64,000 nt of DNA, taken from the NCBI GenBank assembly GCA_004764695.1, contig SMSO01000032.1, forward strand, positions 4,434,483-4,498,482, in the 5' to 3' direction. The DNA is from Schizochytrium sp. TIO01. Its lineage: Eukaryota > Protista > Bigyra: Labyrinthulomycetes. Shown here piece by piece: positions 12,557-23,014 of the stretch. Position 1 is the first letter of the stretch; the number at the start of each line of letters is the position of its first letter. The notes beneath the pieces were generated by a model that was not told the DNA's origin, ran no database searches, and was given only the letters and a program-made list of their open reading frames with translations. A program made the translations under genes and the position numbers.

Positions 12557-13795
12557 TTACACGTTAATTACCTCAGAATGGACGTTGATAAACAGTGCTG
12601 CTGTTAGAGCCATACACGGTGCCACATATGAACCATTCAGAATAATCGCCATGCAAGAAGTGATCATTGTCACCACCTTGACGTAAAGATCGCGGTCCTT
12701 CAAATTGGCCATAGCAATAATCTTCGGGTTCACAATACAGACAAAGATGGAAGCGACATAAAGGAAAAAGGCCATACTCATGACGGGATGTGCTTCTGCG
12801 TAGCTCGGCATAAATAACAAGACCAACGCCAGCAAATGTAAAAAGACGATAAGAAGGTGGATTTGTGTTTCCTGAGGCTGATGAAGCATGAAGGTAGCAG
12901 GGTCTGGAAGAGAACGCATCGCATTAGAACCAATGAAAAGTACAACTGCAAGGGTGCGGATCATCAGTGCGTGTCCCGCGCCGGTTGCACGGACTTTGCC
13001 ATTGACACGAGCAAAGAGTGTCTGGGGACTTGTCACCAATGCCAGGGTTTCCAGTAGTGAAAAGACTCCAAAGTGGCACGGAATCAGGTTACGCAAGCGC
13101 TCAAAAAACTGCGCAGGGGTACTGATCTGCTCAATGAGCGGGGAGGTTGCGCATGCGTAAACAGTGAAGGCGATTCCACACAGGCCAAGGGTAACAGAAA
13201 TCAGTTTCGTACTGCTGGAGGCAGGACTTACTGCTTCATAAACATTTCCATCTGCATCACGGTTTTCCTCCGGGTTTGCATCCAAGGCTTTCTTCGAAGC
13301 TCCAGCCTTGCCCTTCTTTTTCAAGCGGGAAGCTTCAGCTTCCTTCGTGGCTTTCTCTACAGCATCCAGCTCACTCCGAGTACTCGCGCTTATCAAATTT
13401 GTGAGAATCGAAAAAACCTCAGCAACTACAAAACTCAAATTAAGGATCAGCAAAGCAAGAGCAAACATCAGCTCATAGCTGCCATTCACCTGGTCTAAGA
13501 CAAGTACTCCCAGTTGAAATGGTTTTGCATCGACCGTTGGAGCAAGTTTGAGAATGCCAACGATTTCGGAGACCACTGGAGCCCCAGGATAAGCGACCGC
13601 GGCTACGTGAATCAAACTACTCAATAGGCTAAAGGCAAGAAAGCCCTTAGGAATAGGGACATACTTACCCGGGCCTTCATCGCGCTTGCTATGAGGGCGC
13701 TGCTTGACATACGAGACTAAAGACAAGAAGGAAAATGCCCAAGTCGCGTCCGAAAGAAACACGAGGGTCGAAACCTCATCCAGCCTACTTGTCAT
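12557..13795 (-). CDS. Hypothetical multi-pass membrane protein
   Basis: 412-aa ATG-initiated ORF with ~9-10 hydrophobic segments and a charged central loop. No family recognised. Confidence 0.75.
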   Translation of the reverse strand: MTSRLDEVSTLVFLSDATWAFSFLSLVSYVKQRPHSKRDEGPGKYVPIPKGFLAFSLLSSLIHVAAVAYPGAPVVSEIVGILKLAPTVDAKPFQLGVLVLDQVNGSYELMFALALLILNLSFVVAEVFSILTNLISASTRSELDAVEKATKEAEASRLKKKGKAGASKKALDANPEENRDADGNVYEAVSPASSSTKLISVTLGLCGIAFTVYACATSPLIEQISTPAQFFERLRNLIPCHFGVFSLLETLALVTSPQTLFARVNGKVRATGAGHALMIRTLAVVLFIGSNAMRSLPDPATFMLHQPQETQIHLLIVFLHLLALVLLFMPSYAEAHPVMSMAFFLYVASIFVCIVNPKIIAMANLKDRDLYVKVVTMITSCMAIILNGSYVAPCMALTAALFINVHSEVINV

Positions 13796-15401
13796 GATTG
13801 ATCTGAGCCGGAAAATGCGAAGCTTAATTTATACGAGATAAAGTGCCACGTCTCCTCGTGGTTGATCGATAAGCAGGTTAGTTGCTTCGCTTGCCTTTTC
13901 GTCCCTCTCGCAAGATAAACGGGCGGATCCAGGAAGGCAGCAACCTCAATCTATACTTCAGTTCCTCTAGCCAAGAACCAACGCGTACGAGCAGGTCCCG
14001 GGCTCTGCTGCCTTGATTCTGTTTGGCAATTCGGGCTTAGTTGCACACGTAATACGAAAGGGCAACCAAGGCTATCACCATAATTGCCAGACTGTGAATC
14101 TTTCTCATGTGTGTTGTCTGTTGGTCTAGTACCTAACTCGAATTGTTAGTAACAGCAGCATTACCTTAATCAGTTATTACCGAGCAGTAGCAAACTAGTA
14201 GTCTTATTCTTGAATGTCTATATATATTTAAAGTTACTACTATACCTGTTAGGCAGTTTTTCACTTTATTTTATTAGATTTAAAAATTTAAGCACACCTT
14301 TTCTTGGAACCCCCCTCGTTTACTCAAGTGTATTCATACTCGCTAGTGCCTTAAACAAGATAGATTGCCTGCTTAATTAGATCGGTGGGGTGAGATCTCC
14401 TGTCTCTTGGCAAATCAACAGTACGCTAGTCAGCTTCAGCTAGAAATTGGAACATTGGAAACTTTTAATGAAACCTGGTTATTGACTAATTTGATTGCCA
14501 AATTGCAAATAATAACTTGAAGGTGAACTTCGTAATGATAATTTTGCTTGATACATGGTGAAGACTTCACCTCTAGGTACTAAATGTAAGAACACAATTT
14601 TAACAAGTGTTCTCTTGAGGAAGCGAACTCAAATTGTTGACAGAACTTGCTTTATTCATATTCTAAAATATAAGAGAAAAAGTAGAGCTGTAATTCTCTG
14701 GTTCCCGTGGCTCGGGTTGTAATATATGAAATATACAGCTTGCTTAGTAAGTGCCCGACTTATTTACCCTTACAAGTGGCAAAACATGGTTAAGGAAAGA
14801 TTTAAGCGAGCAACATCGAATAATAATCAATGATATAATAATTAAAACGATTTCCCTGCGTTCATGAACCTGAAGAATTAATGCATAACCTTGTTGGAAA
14901 ACTTCATATGATCCCTTGCCAGGCAGTCGAAGGTTGTGACAAGTGATGCATTGTGATACTTCATACAATCAAGGTCCAAGTCCCCGTGCATGTCATAGAT
15001 AGCTGATTTCCAAATGTGGTTTTTTTTTAAGTCCAAAGGGAACCAGGGGAATGCTATCAATCATACCTAGGAGGGGTGACACGCTTGTAATACACAAACA
15101 TCAAAAGTTGCAAGCATCGCTATGTTGGTGTTTGTTGCTATTCCATGGCATACACTAGTGTTTGCTGATCGAATGATCCTTATAGAAAGAAAATTGGCCT
15201 AGGATTAGCGCGCCTTATCACTCGTCAAACTGGTTGTCTTTGACACAATGTAATTTGGTGAGAACTCTAAATGCACACCTGGCACAATGTCATAGAACTC
15301 TCCAATCGCTGCTCCGGGCCAGCAAGATAGTGCGAGCGTATACCTTACATACATGGAACCGTCATCAGACATCAGAAAAATAAATGAGCCTACAGTAAAA
15401 C

Positions 15402-16589
15402 ATGGAAAGCAAGATAAAACCCCACCACCAACGTCATATTCGGTTAAGCAAATGCAGAGATCAACAGAAACATGACCTGAGAATAGAAATTCTAAGGAAT
15501 GCAGGCGGCCATGAACGCCCGTCATGCACATGGGCCGGGCAAGAGGAGTTTATCAATAACACAAAGCTCGCAACAAGTTTGGAGGATCTTGTCGAATGTG
15601 CTAAACAACTCGAAGAGGCTAGGTTTGATCGTTGGGATCCATCTTTGATTGCAGCATGCCCCTGCTGCGATGATCGCACAATTGATCCAAATCTTGGTCG
15701 CGAGGAGATGCTAGCAAGGCTTCGGGACTTCGTCTGGGAATATGTTGATATTGCTGGGCTATTGCCCAAGACTGACCCTCGCTTTGATTTGGAAGAGCAA
15801 ATAGCAGCTCTAATTTGGGATCGTTTCCAAGTGGTTGATGTCAAAGCCTCAAGCATTGGATATTGTTCTTTAACTGCATCGTGCGCACACAAGTCCCTCG
15901 ACCGAGTATTTATGCCGTGGATGCGCTGCCATCAATGTGTTTGCGAAGCGGTCTATAAAAGCAAACAAGAGATAAATGAACCTACACCAGCTGGGCAGTT
16001 CAATCGGATCACACGAATCCAGTTTGCAGAGGGGCTATCACAGGTACTTGGGCTTAGAATGCCGTGGCTGTCTTTGCGTACTCTACTCGATGAGCTTGCT
16101 GCAGGAAAAGCAAACTCTGTGTACTTTGAAACATTCCTTCAGAAAGCCGTACGCAAACCTCGAGCTTTAGAATGGCGGAAACAGGCTCTTCTTACAATAG
16201 CGGAACCCATGTGGAAACTAATCGAATATGAAGGTATGCACGTGAAATCAATTTTAGATTTTCTCTTAGGAGTTTCTGGTTATGTCTCCTCTGCAAGATG
16301 GTCAGCGCTATGCAAGCACTGGAAAATTCCAACGACATGCAAGCCAGCCACAAACGCCATTTTCCAGACATACGGTCATTGTGGTCGAATTGAGCTTGCA
16401 GGATTAAACATGCTACTGACTGACGTCACCTTGGTACACCTTAAAAAACTGACAAATAGACTTTCAAAGTATGAATGCCAAGGAAAAGATGAGGTGAACT
16501 CTTTGCAATCTCCTTGCGAGCGCCTTCTTCGCACAAGAATCGGTGCTACTCTGCAATTTCTTAAAATGATCACACATTCTAATCATTAA
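15402..16589 (+). CDS. Hypothetical protein
   Basis: 395-aa ORF with globular-looking composition and Cys clusters (CPCCD, CHQCVC). The N-terminus is uncertain. Confidence 0.6.
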   Translation: MESKIKPHHQRHIRLSKCRDQQKHDLRIEILRNAGGHERPSCTWAGQEEFINNTKLATSLEDLVECAKQLEEARFDRWDPSLIAACPCCDDRTIDPNLGREEMLARLRDFVWEYVDIAGLLPKTDPRFDLEEQIAALIWDRFQVVDVKASSIGYCSLTASCAHKSLDRVFMPWMRCHQCVCEAVYKSKQEINEPTPAGQFNRITRIQFAEGLSQVLGLRMPWLSLRTLLDELAAGKANSVYFETFLQKAVRKPRALEWRKQALLTIAEPMWKLIEYEGMHVKSILDFLLGVSGYVSSARWSALCKHWKIPTTCKPATNAIFQTYGHCGRIELAGLNMLLTDVTLVHLKKLTNRLSKYECQGKDEVNSLQSPCERLLRTRIGATLQFLKMITHSNH

Positions 16590-17616
16590 AATTTTCTAGG
16601 TGCACTCCAAACAATCGTCAAATCAAGTCATTTGTGCAACAAAGTATAGTGTTGCTAAGAACTGTAGTGTTTTAGCTCTAGTAAATAATAATTTCTATTC
16701 TTAAAAGTGCCCAACCTAAAGACCAAAAGTAGATTCAATTCTCTGGAGTCAGGTTTCCACAAATGTAGGTACTATAATACTATGGCACTAACTTGAGAAA
16801 CGAGGGAAGCTGGTAATTTTCCTGCTCCAATCAATCTTTTCACTTGAGGGAAACTCCAGCCAAAAAATATTACTAGAGAGTTTGTGTATTGGATATCGCC
16901 GGGATGCATGGTAAATTGTTGGAGACCCTTTGCTTTGCTTTGCAGTATTGCCGGGAAAATATATTAGAGCTTGCATGGATTGTGAAAAACGAAGCTTACA
17001 TTCAAACTGAATATTTTCGCTTCAGACACATCTCTGCGACATGACTTCGCAAGATTAAGAGGAGCCCCTATCTGACGAAAGCAGGACAAAAGTGTCACGA
17101 TGGCATGATGGGTGATGTACAACACTGCGCCGGAATCAACCAGGGAATGAAGGGAATCAAGCAAGCATCAAGAGGAGTCTGCAAAGCAAAACCTGCAGGC
17201 AGACCCGAAATACCAAAGCGACCAGAAGCACTTGAATTTATCAAGCACATTCTACAAGACAATCCTAGCCATAGTAATAACTAATTATTACCACCTAAGA
17301 CATTTCCCCAAATACCTCTAAGTAATCATAACCACGTTTCATTATCTGGTGTATTATTTCAACTACTTTGGGACGATAAACTGAGACCAAGGCTAATCAA
17401 AAGCATCATACAATGATAACTTATGCTTTTTATTCAGGAGGGTTTTGAGGAATAACCCAGCCTTGGAAAAAAGATTTCCCTAAAGACATCACTAGAATAG
17501 AATTTGAACTTCAAATCGAAGTTTTTAAAATTAAATTAATTAAAAAAAATATTAAAAAAAGGGTTATGAAAGTGGAAAAAAATATCTAGTAGGACATTAT
17601 CCATCCTACTAACATA

Positions 17617-17721
17617 TGCAACTAGAGAGGATCGAACTCTCGATCACTGCATTTAGTGGCCTCTGAGTAGGTAACTCGGGATTGCTACAAGTGCAGCGCC
17701 TTACCACTTGGCCATAGTTGC
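17617..17721 (-). tRNA. trnT-UGU: tRNA-Thr(UGU) with 33-nt intron (17653-17685) at canonical position 37/38
   Basis: The minus strand folds as GCAACTA TG GCC AAGTGGTAA GGC G CTGCA CT TGT A [intron] A TGCAG TGATC GAGAG TTCGATC CTCTC TAGTTGC A. It has a perfect 7-bp acceptor stem, A-box and B-box, and an oligo-T Pol III terminator ~35 nt downstream. Confidence 0.93.
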
Positions 17722-18790
17722 TTGATACTTCAGATCTGTCTACACTTGCTTTTAAATGTTAATGTTATATTATTTGTCTATGTATAAGGTAGCGCTTCAA
17801 CTTGGTCGAACGTGGGGAATACATTATTGGGTTGCGTTGACCTGCTTTGCTTTATCAAATAGGACATTAAATCTTGCAACGCTAGAGTGGATTGAAGAAG
17901 TCTGGTGAAATTACGACAGATGAATCCCAGGGCCTCTTAACACGTTAATTGGGTGACTAAAACTTTGCTCAAGTAAAATGAACGTTGAAAGTCTACAACT
18001 CTATCCTTGTAAAATATCATAACCACTATCCATGTAATAGATGGCCCTACCACTCTTTTTGCTAGGTCAAAAGCTAATGAAAGCGAACGATTCGAAATCA
18101 GGGTGCAAATGCTATTCATAATATCCTCCACAACTCCGCTGCTTCATCTTGGAGTTAACATAGGTCTACTGCGATGCGATGATAAGCAACCAAAGCACAA
18201 GGACTTTCATTGGCAAAGAGTCTGCCCTGTATTGGTATCTATTGACAGATGGTATGCGCGCGCGAAATATTAAAGAAATACAGGGATTGCTCAATACCCA
18301 ACTTGAAGCTTAAAGATTTTAGCTCCTCGTGACAGTAGGTATGTATCTAGTCAGGGTATCTATCAATGCTACCATCCATGATGGATCCTGTCCACCTCTA
18401 CCTATTTATCTATTAGAAACTAAGGTCTGGTCTTCATTACTTTTACTACTATTGTTATTGGGTTATAAATTAATAAGTAAATATGTAAGTAAATAAATGT
18501 GTAAAATGTCATGATTTTCCCACCTTAATCTTTAAAAAAATAAGTTTCAGAGGGAGAAAGGGAGAAGGATTCAACCAGTCCGCCGTCAGCGGTCGGCACG
18601 AGATCAGATGTGATACGATAAGGAGGGAAGCCTTCGTAGCTAGCTCTGAGGCGAATTTCAAGATCAGCAAAGCACAAACTGTCGGTTCTATCCTTACTAG
18701 TGAAACTGAATCGACAAGCCACCCAAAGCTCGGAGTGATACTCTTTGAAGCATAGTATCCAATAGCTCAAAAGTAAAACGGAACACCACG

Positions 18791-20104
18791 ATGCTAACTG
18801 GTTTTGCTCATCGACAATTGAGATACTCGCGTCAGAAATCTCTTGCAAAAAAGGCCAAAGGACTAGATAGATGTTTTGTCCGCTTTCTTAGTGTAAACAC
18901 GGACAATTATGTTGCACAGAAACTAGAAGTGCGCGCACGAGACGAGCCTGATGAAACTCATGCAAACCTACGCGAATCAGTTCGAGCTCTTTGCTCGCGC
19001 TATCCAGGGAAGTATTGGCAAGATTGTGATCGACGCCGGAGATACCCAACAGAATTCGTCAACGAGCTCACCAAAAGTGGTTATCTATCCCTTCTCATTC
19101 CTGAAAGCTATGGAGGAAGTGGCCTTGCGCTCCCAGAAGCTTGTATTGTCATGGAAGAGATTCATCGCAGCGGGTGCAATGGTGGAGCAGCGCATGCCCA
19201 AATGTACACCATGGGAACGGTACTTCGACATGGCTCTGAGGACCAAAAACAAAAATATCTTCCTAAAATTGCTACAGGAGAACTTCGTCTTCAAGCATTT
19301 GGTGTTTCTGAGCCAAATTCAGGTACTGATACCTTGAGTTTGCAAACTACAGCAAAGCCCCAAGGTGATGGATCTTACATAGTAAATGGAACTAAACTTT
19401 GGACAAGTCGTGCAGAACACAGCGATCTCATGCTGCTTTTGGCTCGTACGGCTAGCCCGGAAGACGGAACTCCTCGTCGTAATTGCCTCAGTACATTCCT
19501 TATTGACATGCATGAGGCACAAAAGCAGGGGAAACTGACCATCAAGCCCATTGAGACCATGATTAACCACAGCACCTGCCAGGTGTTTTTCGACGAGTTG
19601 CACATTCCCTCAAGTTGTTTGGTGGGTGAAGAAGGTCAAGGTTTTAAGTATATTCTTTCATCGATGAATGCAGAGCGCATTCTGATTGCCTCTGAGTGCC
19701 TTGGAGACGGCCGATTTTTCCTAGACAGAGCCACAACCTATGCTAATGAACGTTCTGTCTTTGGTCGAAAGATTGGCCAAAACCAAGGTATTCAATTCCC
19801 TCTTGCGGAGGCATATGCTAGCCTTGAGGCAGCCTCCATGATGGTCCAAGCTGCCTCTGCTTTGTATGCCGCAGGCAAAGATTGCGGTCCGCAGGCGAAC
19901 ATGGCAAAATACCTCGCATCTGAGGCGGCTTGGGCTGCGGGCGAAGCCTGCATGCAAACATACGGTGGATTTGGTTTCGCCACAGAGTACGATGTGGAGC
20001 GCAAGTGGAGAGAGGCTCGACTTTACAAAACAGCCCCGATTTCCTCCAATTTAATTTTAACAAATATTGCTGAGAAGGTACTCGGTTTGCCGAGATCTTT
20101 TTGA
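18791..20104 (+). CDS. Acyl-CoA dehydrogenase, probable mitochondrial targeting peptide
   Basis: IPESYGGSGL, QKQKYLPKIATGE, FGVSEPNSGTD, VNGTKLWTS, GEEGQGF, NAERILIASE, YANERSVFGRKIGQNQGIQF, QTYGGFGFATEYDVERKWRE. The N-terminus is Arg/Lys/Ser-rich and acid-poor. Confidence 0.95.
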   Translation: MLTGFAHRQLRYSRQKSLAKKAKGLDRCFVRFLSVNTDNYVAQKLEVRARDEPDETHANLRESVRALCSRYPGKYWQDCDRRRRYPTEFVNELTKSGYLSLLIPESYGGSGLALPEACIVMEEIHRSGCNGGAAHAQMYTMGTVLRHGSEDQKQKYLPKIATGELRLQAFGVSEPNSGTDTLSLQTTAKPQGDGSYIVNGTKLWTSRAEHSDLMLLLARTASPEDGTPRRNCLSTFLIDMHEAQKQGKLTIKPIETMINHSTCQVFFDELHIPSSCLVGEEGQGFKYILSSMNAERILIASECLGDGRFFLDRATTYANERSVFGRKIGQNQGIQFPLAEAYASLEAASMMVQAASALYAAGKDCGPQANMAKYLASEAAWAAGEACMQTYGGFGFATEYDVERKWREARLYKTAPISSNLILTNIAEKVLGLPRSF

Positions 20105-20455
20105 ATCAATAGGAACTCAACTTAGATAATCAATATACCATGTTCTCTTCTTCACCAGCTCGATGAGTGAAGAATCAAAATGTACTATGAGGTAGGGAAA
20201 ACGTGTGTGTTCTTAAGTATAGACACAAATCCCGTAGCATCTCATAGCATCAAGAAAGCATGAGATGGACACAGAATGTTTACGTAAGCGAGTAGATATT
20301 CATTGCTAGTTAGCAGGGTTAGGGGTTTCCCTTGAAAGTTGAGACCATGTCTTGTTACCAAGTCTAAGTCTGGAATGGAAAGTAGGGAATTTTAGAACAT
20401 ATGCAATTTATAAATTAAAGATGAACAATCTAAAAGGAGACTCCTTAGTTAGATT

Positions 20456-21289
20456 CTACGCAACCAACTCGTTTACAACAATGCCAACACATGGATACAT
20501 TTCCATAGCATCCCATTTCGGTAATAAAGCATAGCGGACCCCGTTTTCCCCATACAGCCATGCGGCTTCAGACAGGTCCAGAACTCTGTTATCTTCAAGT
20601 TTAGCCCAAATGGTTCCGTCTCGAAGTCTCGAAAGATCATCAACATCACTCTGGCTTAAAGTGATGGCCTCGCATGGATTTCTTTCGCTCGTGTGGGTTG
20701 ATTGTTGAAGACTACCAGGTTCGAGAGTGTGCTCGTCATAGAGTAATGCAACACAGGGAAATCTCTGCTGAAAGGCCTGGATCCACATCTCACGAGACAA
20801 ACCCATTTGGGAAGACAACAAAATGTCATTAGAAACGGCTTGCCCGATGTATTTCCTCCATGGGTTAGAGTCAAGACTATTCACAGCAGAAGAGATATCG
20901 AAAACGTAGCCAAAAATAGAAACTAGAGAAGGCCGGGTAAGGTGGGTCCCATCGTAGAATGAAAGTTCATCCGATGTGATTATTTCCATTGGAGATATGA
21001 TTGGATTGACAACTTCACGCAGACTGCCGCTGTCTTCCTTTGCAATGCCAATATCCTCGATGAGCTTTGCAAATGAATCGACAGAGCGATGACTCTGTGG
21101 TTTAGCTCCTACTATTGGGCATGTGCCCCCTAAAGCGCCATGCGCATGACCATGATAAGCAGCAGCTTGAGCTACTCGATAAAATGCTGCTCCCAAAAGG
21201 TCTAAAGATTGTTCCCAGAATATAGAGATCAACATGCCACTGAAGGCAAATACAAGAAATATAGCGCGAATGGTGCTGTTCAAGTTCAT
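20456..21289 (-). CDS. Membrane-anchored protein with two cytochrome b5-like heme/steroid-binding (MAPR-like) domains
   Basis: Likely ATG at 21289 (MNLNST), followed by a TM helix. First repeat ITSDELSFYDG...LVSIFGYVFDISS...FPCVA; second degenerate repeat ...VLDLSEAAWLYGENG...YPCVG. Confidence 0.7.
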   Translation of the reverse strand: MNLNSTIRAIFLVFAFSGMLISIFWEQSLDLLGAAFYRVAQAAAYHGHAHGALGGTCPIVGAKPQSHRSVDSFAKLIEDIGIAKEDSGSLREVVNPIISPMEIITSDELSFYDGTHLTRPSLVSIFGYVFDISSAVNSLDSNPWRKYIGQAVSNDILLSSQMGLSREMWIQAFQQRFPCVALLYDEHTLEPGSLQQSTHTSERNPCEAITLSQSDVDDLSRLRDGTIWAKLEDNRVLDLSEAAWLYGENGVRYALLPKWDAMEMYPCVGIVVNELVA

Positions 21290-23014
21290 GATTTCGCCGT
21301 AACCTCCGTTCAGAGGCCCGGGGGGAATTAAATAGATAAAATGAATGGGGAAAACCCAATTCTGAAACTCAGAGTATTGAACCAAAGCTGATCAAGTTGG
21401 CTCCTTAGATATCGTGGTTCGAGCATGAAAGCGCACCCACCAGAAACTTCTCTGCCTATTGCCTACAAGAACCGTAACGTTCGTACTGATTGATGGTTTA
21501 ATGCTGTGCTCGAGATTCCAGCGAAGTATATAGTCTGTTTCCGGCGAAGGCTGTCAAAGTTAGACTTGAGAATCTCTCAGCCGGCCTTGGAATATTTGAG
21601 GGAGATCAAATAAAAGTCCTGTGCACAATGGCGGTCTTGTAAAATATCAACGCCAGAAGTGTTAATCAAGCTTTGAATGTCAATGAACTTTCTCTATCAA
21701 CAAAGACTATACGTTATACATAACGCGACGTTTTTAGTAACCTACAGGGATTTTCTGCTGCACTTAAAAAAAAAATAGAAACATATTTTTATTCTTTTTT
21801 AAGCAATAGAAATAAAAACATGAGTGATTCACCATCATTATCATGATCCTTTGTCTGCGAGAAAGCTGACTCAGAACTAAACTTCAAAGAGGCCATAGGT
21901 GCCTAAACTTGGAAATTAAAAAAAAGAAACTATAACAATTGAGCCTGACTTGAAGTTGAACGATAACAATAATAACAGGCGTTTACTATCATGTACGTAG
22001 TACTTAAAGTACAATAGAAATAGTTTAATTGTCTTCATTGAAGGATATATAAAGTAGAAAGAAAGGAAAAGAAGAAATAGGTACATAGTTACTATTTAGT
22101 ACTATTAGGTATTATGACCTATATAGACAGAATAGTCATTAAATATGAGTATTAGTAAAATACTCTTAATTCTAGCCCTATCCTACTTATTGAAGGAGGA
22201 TACGGAAAGAAATACACAGACAGAATAGTCTGCCTACGTGCAACACGATCTTCATCATTATCTCAATCTAGAACCCCATCGAGGATACGCACCAGAACCG
22301 TTTGCGCGGAGTATCGCCACACAACAGCGAGTGCATACTAACCGGCGGTGACACCGCTGGTTACGTTGCAAGCTCCTTTGGCCTGTCGGGTTATTTCCTG
22401 GAGGACTCCACAACGGTGCCAACGGCAGCGGAAGGGAACACATCGAGGAGCTTCGCGCTCAGCAAAAGCAAGCCAGCGGAAGCGAACCAATAAAAGCAGA
22501 TACAAGAAAGCAGAAACAAGAGAGCTAGTTGCTCTTTGATATCTTCTGCTTATTTCTTTGTTCACTAGGCTGCCAACCTTTTGAAAGGTTGACGCCCTCC
22601 TTTTCTTTCTTCCTTGCTTTTTCACAGTGAGTTGCTTTTCTTTGCCCCTTTTCTAGACGCCCCGCTTGCCTTCTTTCTATTGTTGAGAACTCTTGAATTT
22701 TTAGGTTAGGATAGTTTCTGCTTGTGCTCAATCTATCAACCTGTCGAAGAGCTTGACCAGGATACTCTGAAGTTTGTGTGTTATTGAAGCAATAACTTTG
22801 TCACGTAATCCACACTCTCTGTTTGGCTCGTAAACATTCCTTATTGCTAAGATTGAGAAACTTAACGCATCGCAGTTGCACTCAGGAGCTTTCATACTCT
22901 CTTAGTCACTTGATAAGAAGTGATTTCGCGAGATTTTTGTCAAATCGAGACCAAGTAGTTGACAGGCTCTGCACCATTGCCAGATCTTACTGATTTGAAA
23001 AGGCACCTTTTAAA

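Noticed and set aside
16904-17283. Plus-strand frame of ~125 codons interrupted by one in-frame TGA (possible selenoprotein, readthrough or pseudogene)
   Set aside because: No redox motif around the TGA, no SECIS seen and no recognisable homology; compatible with chance.
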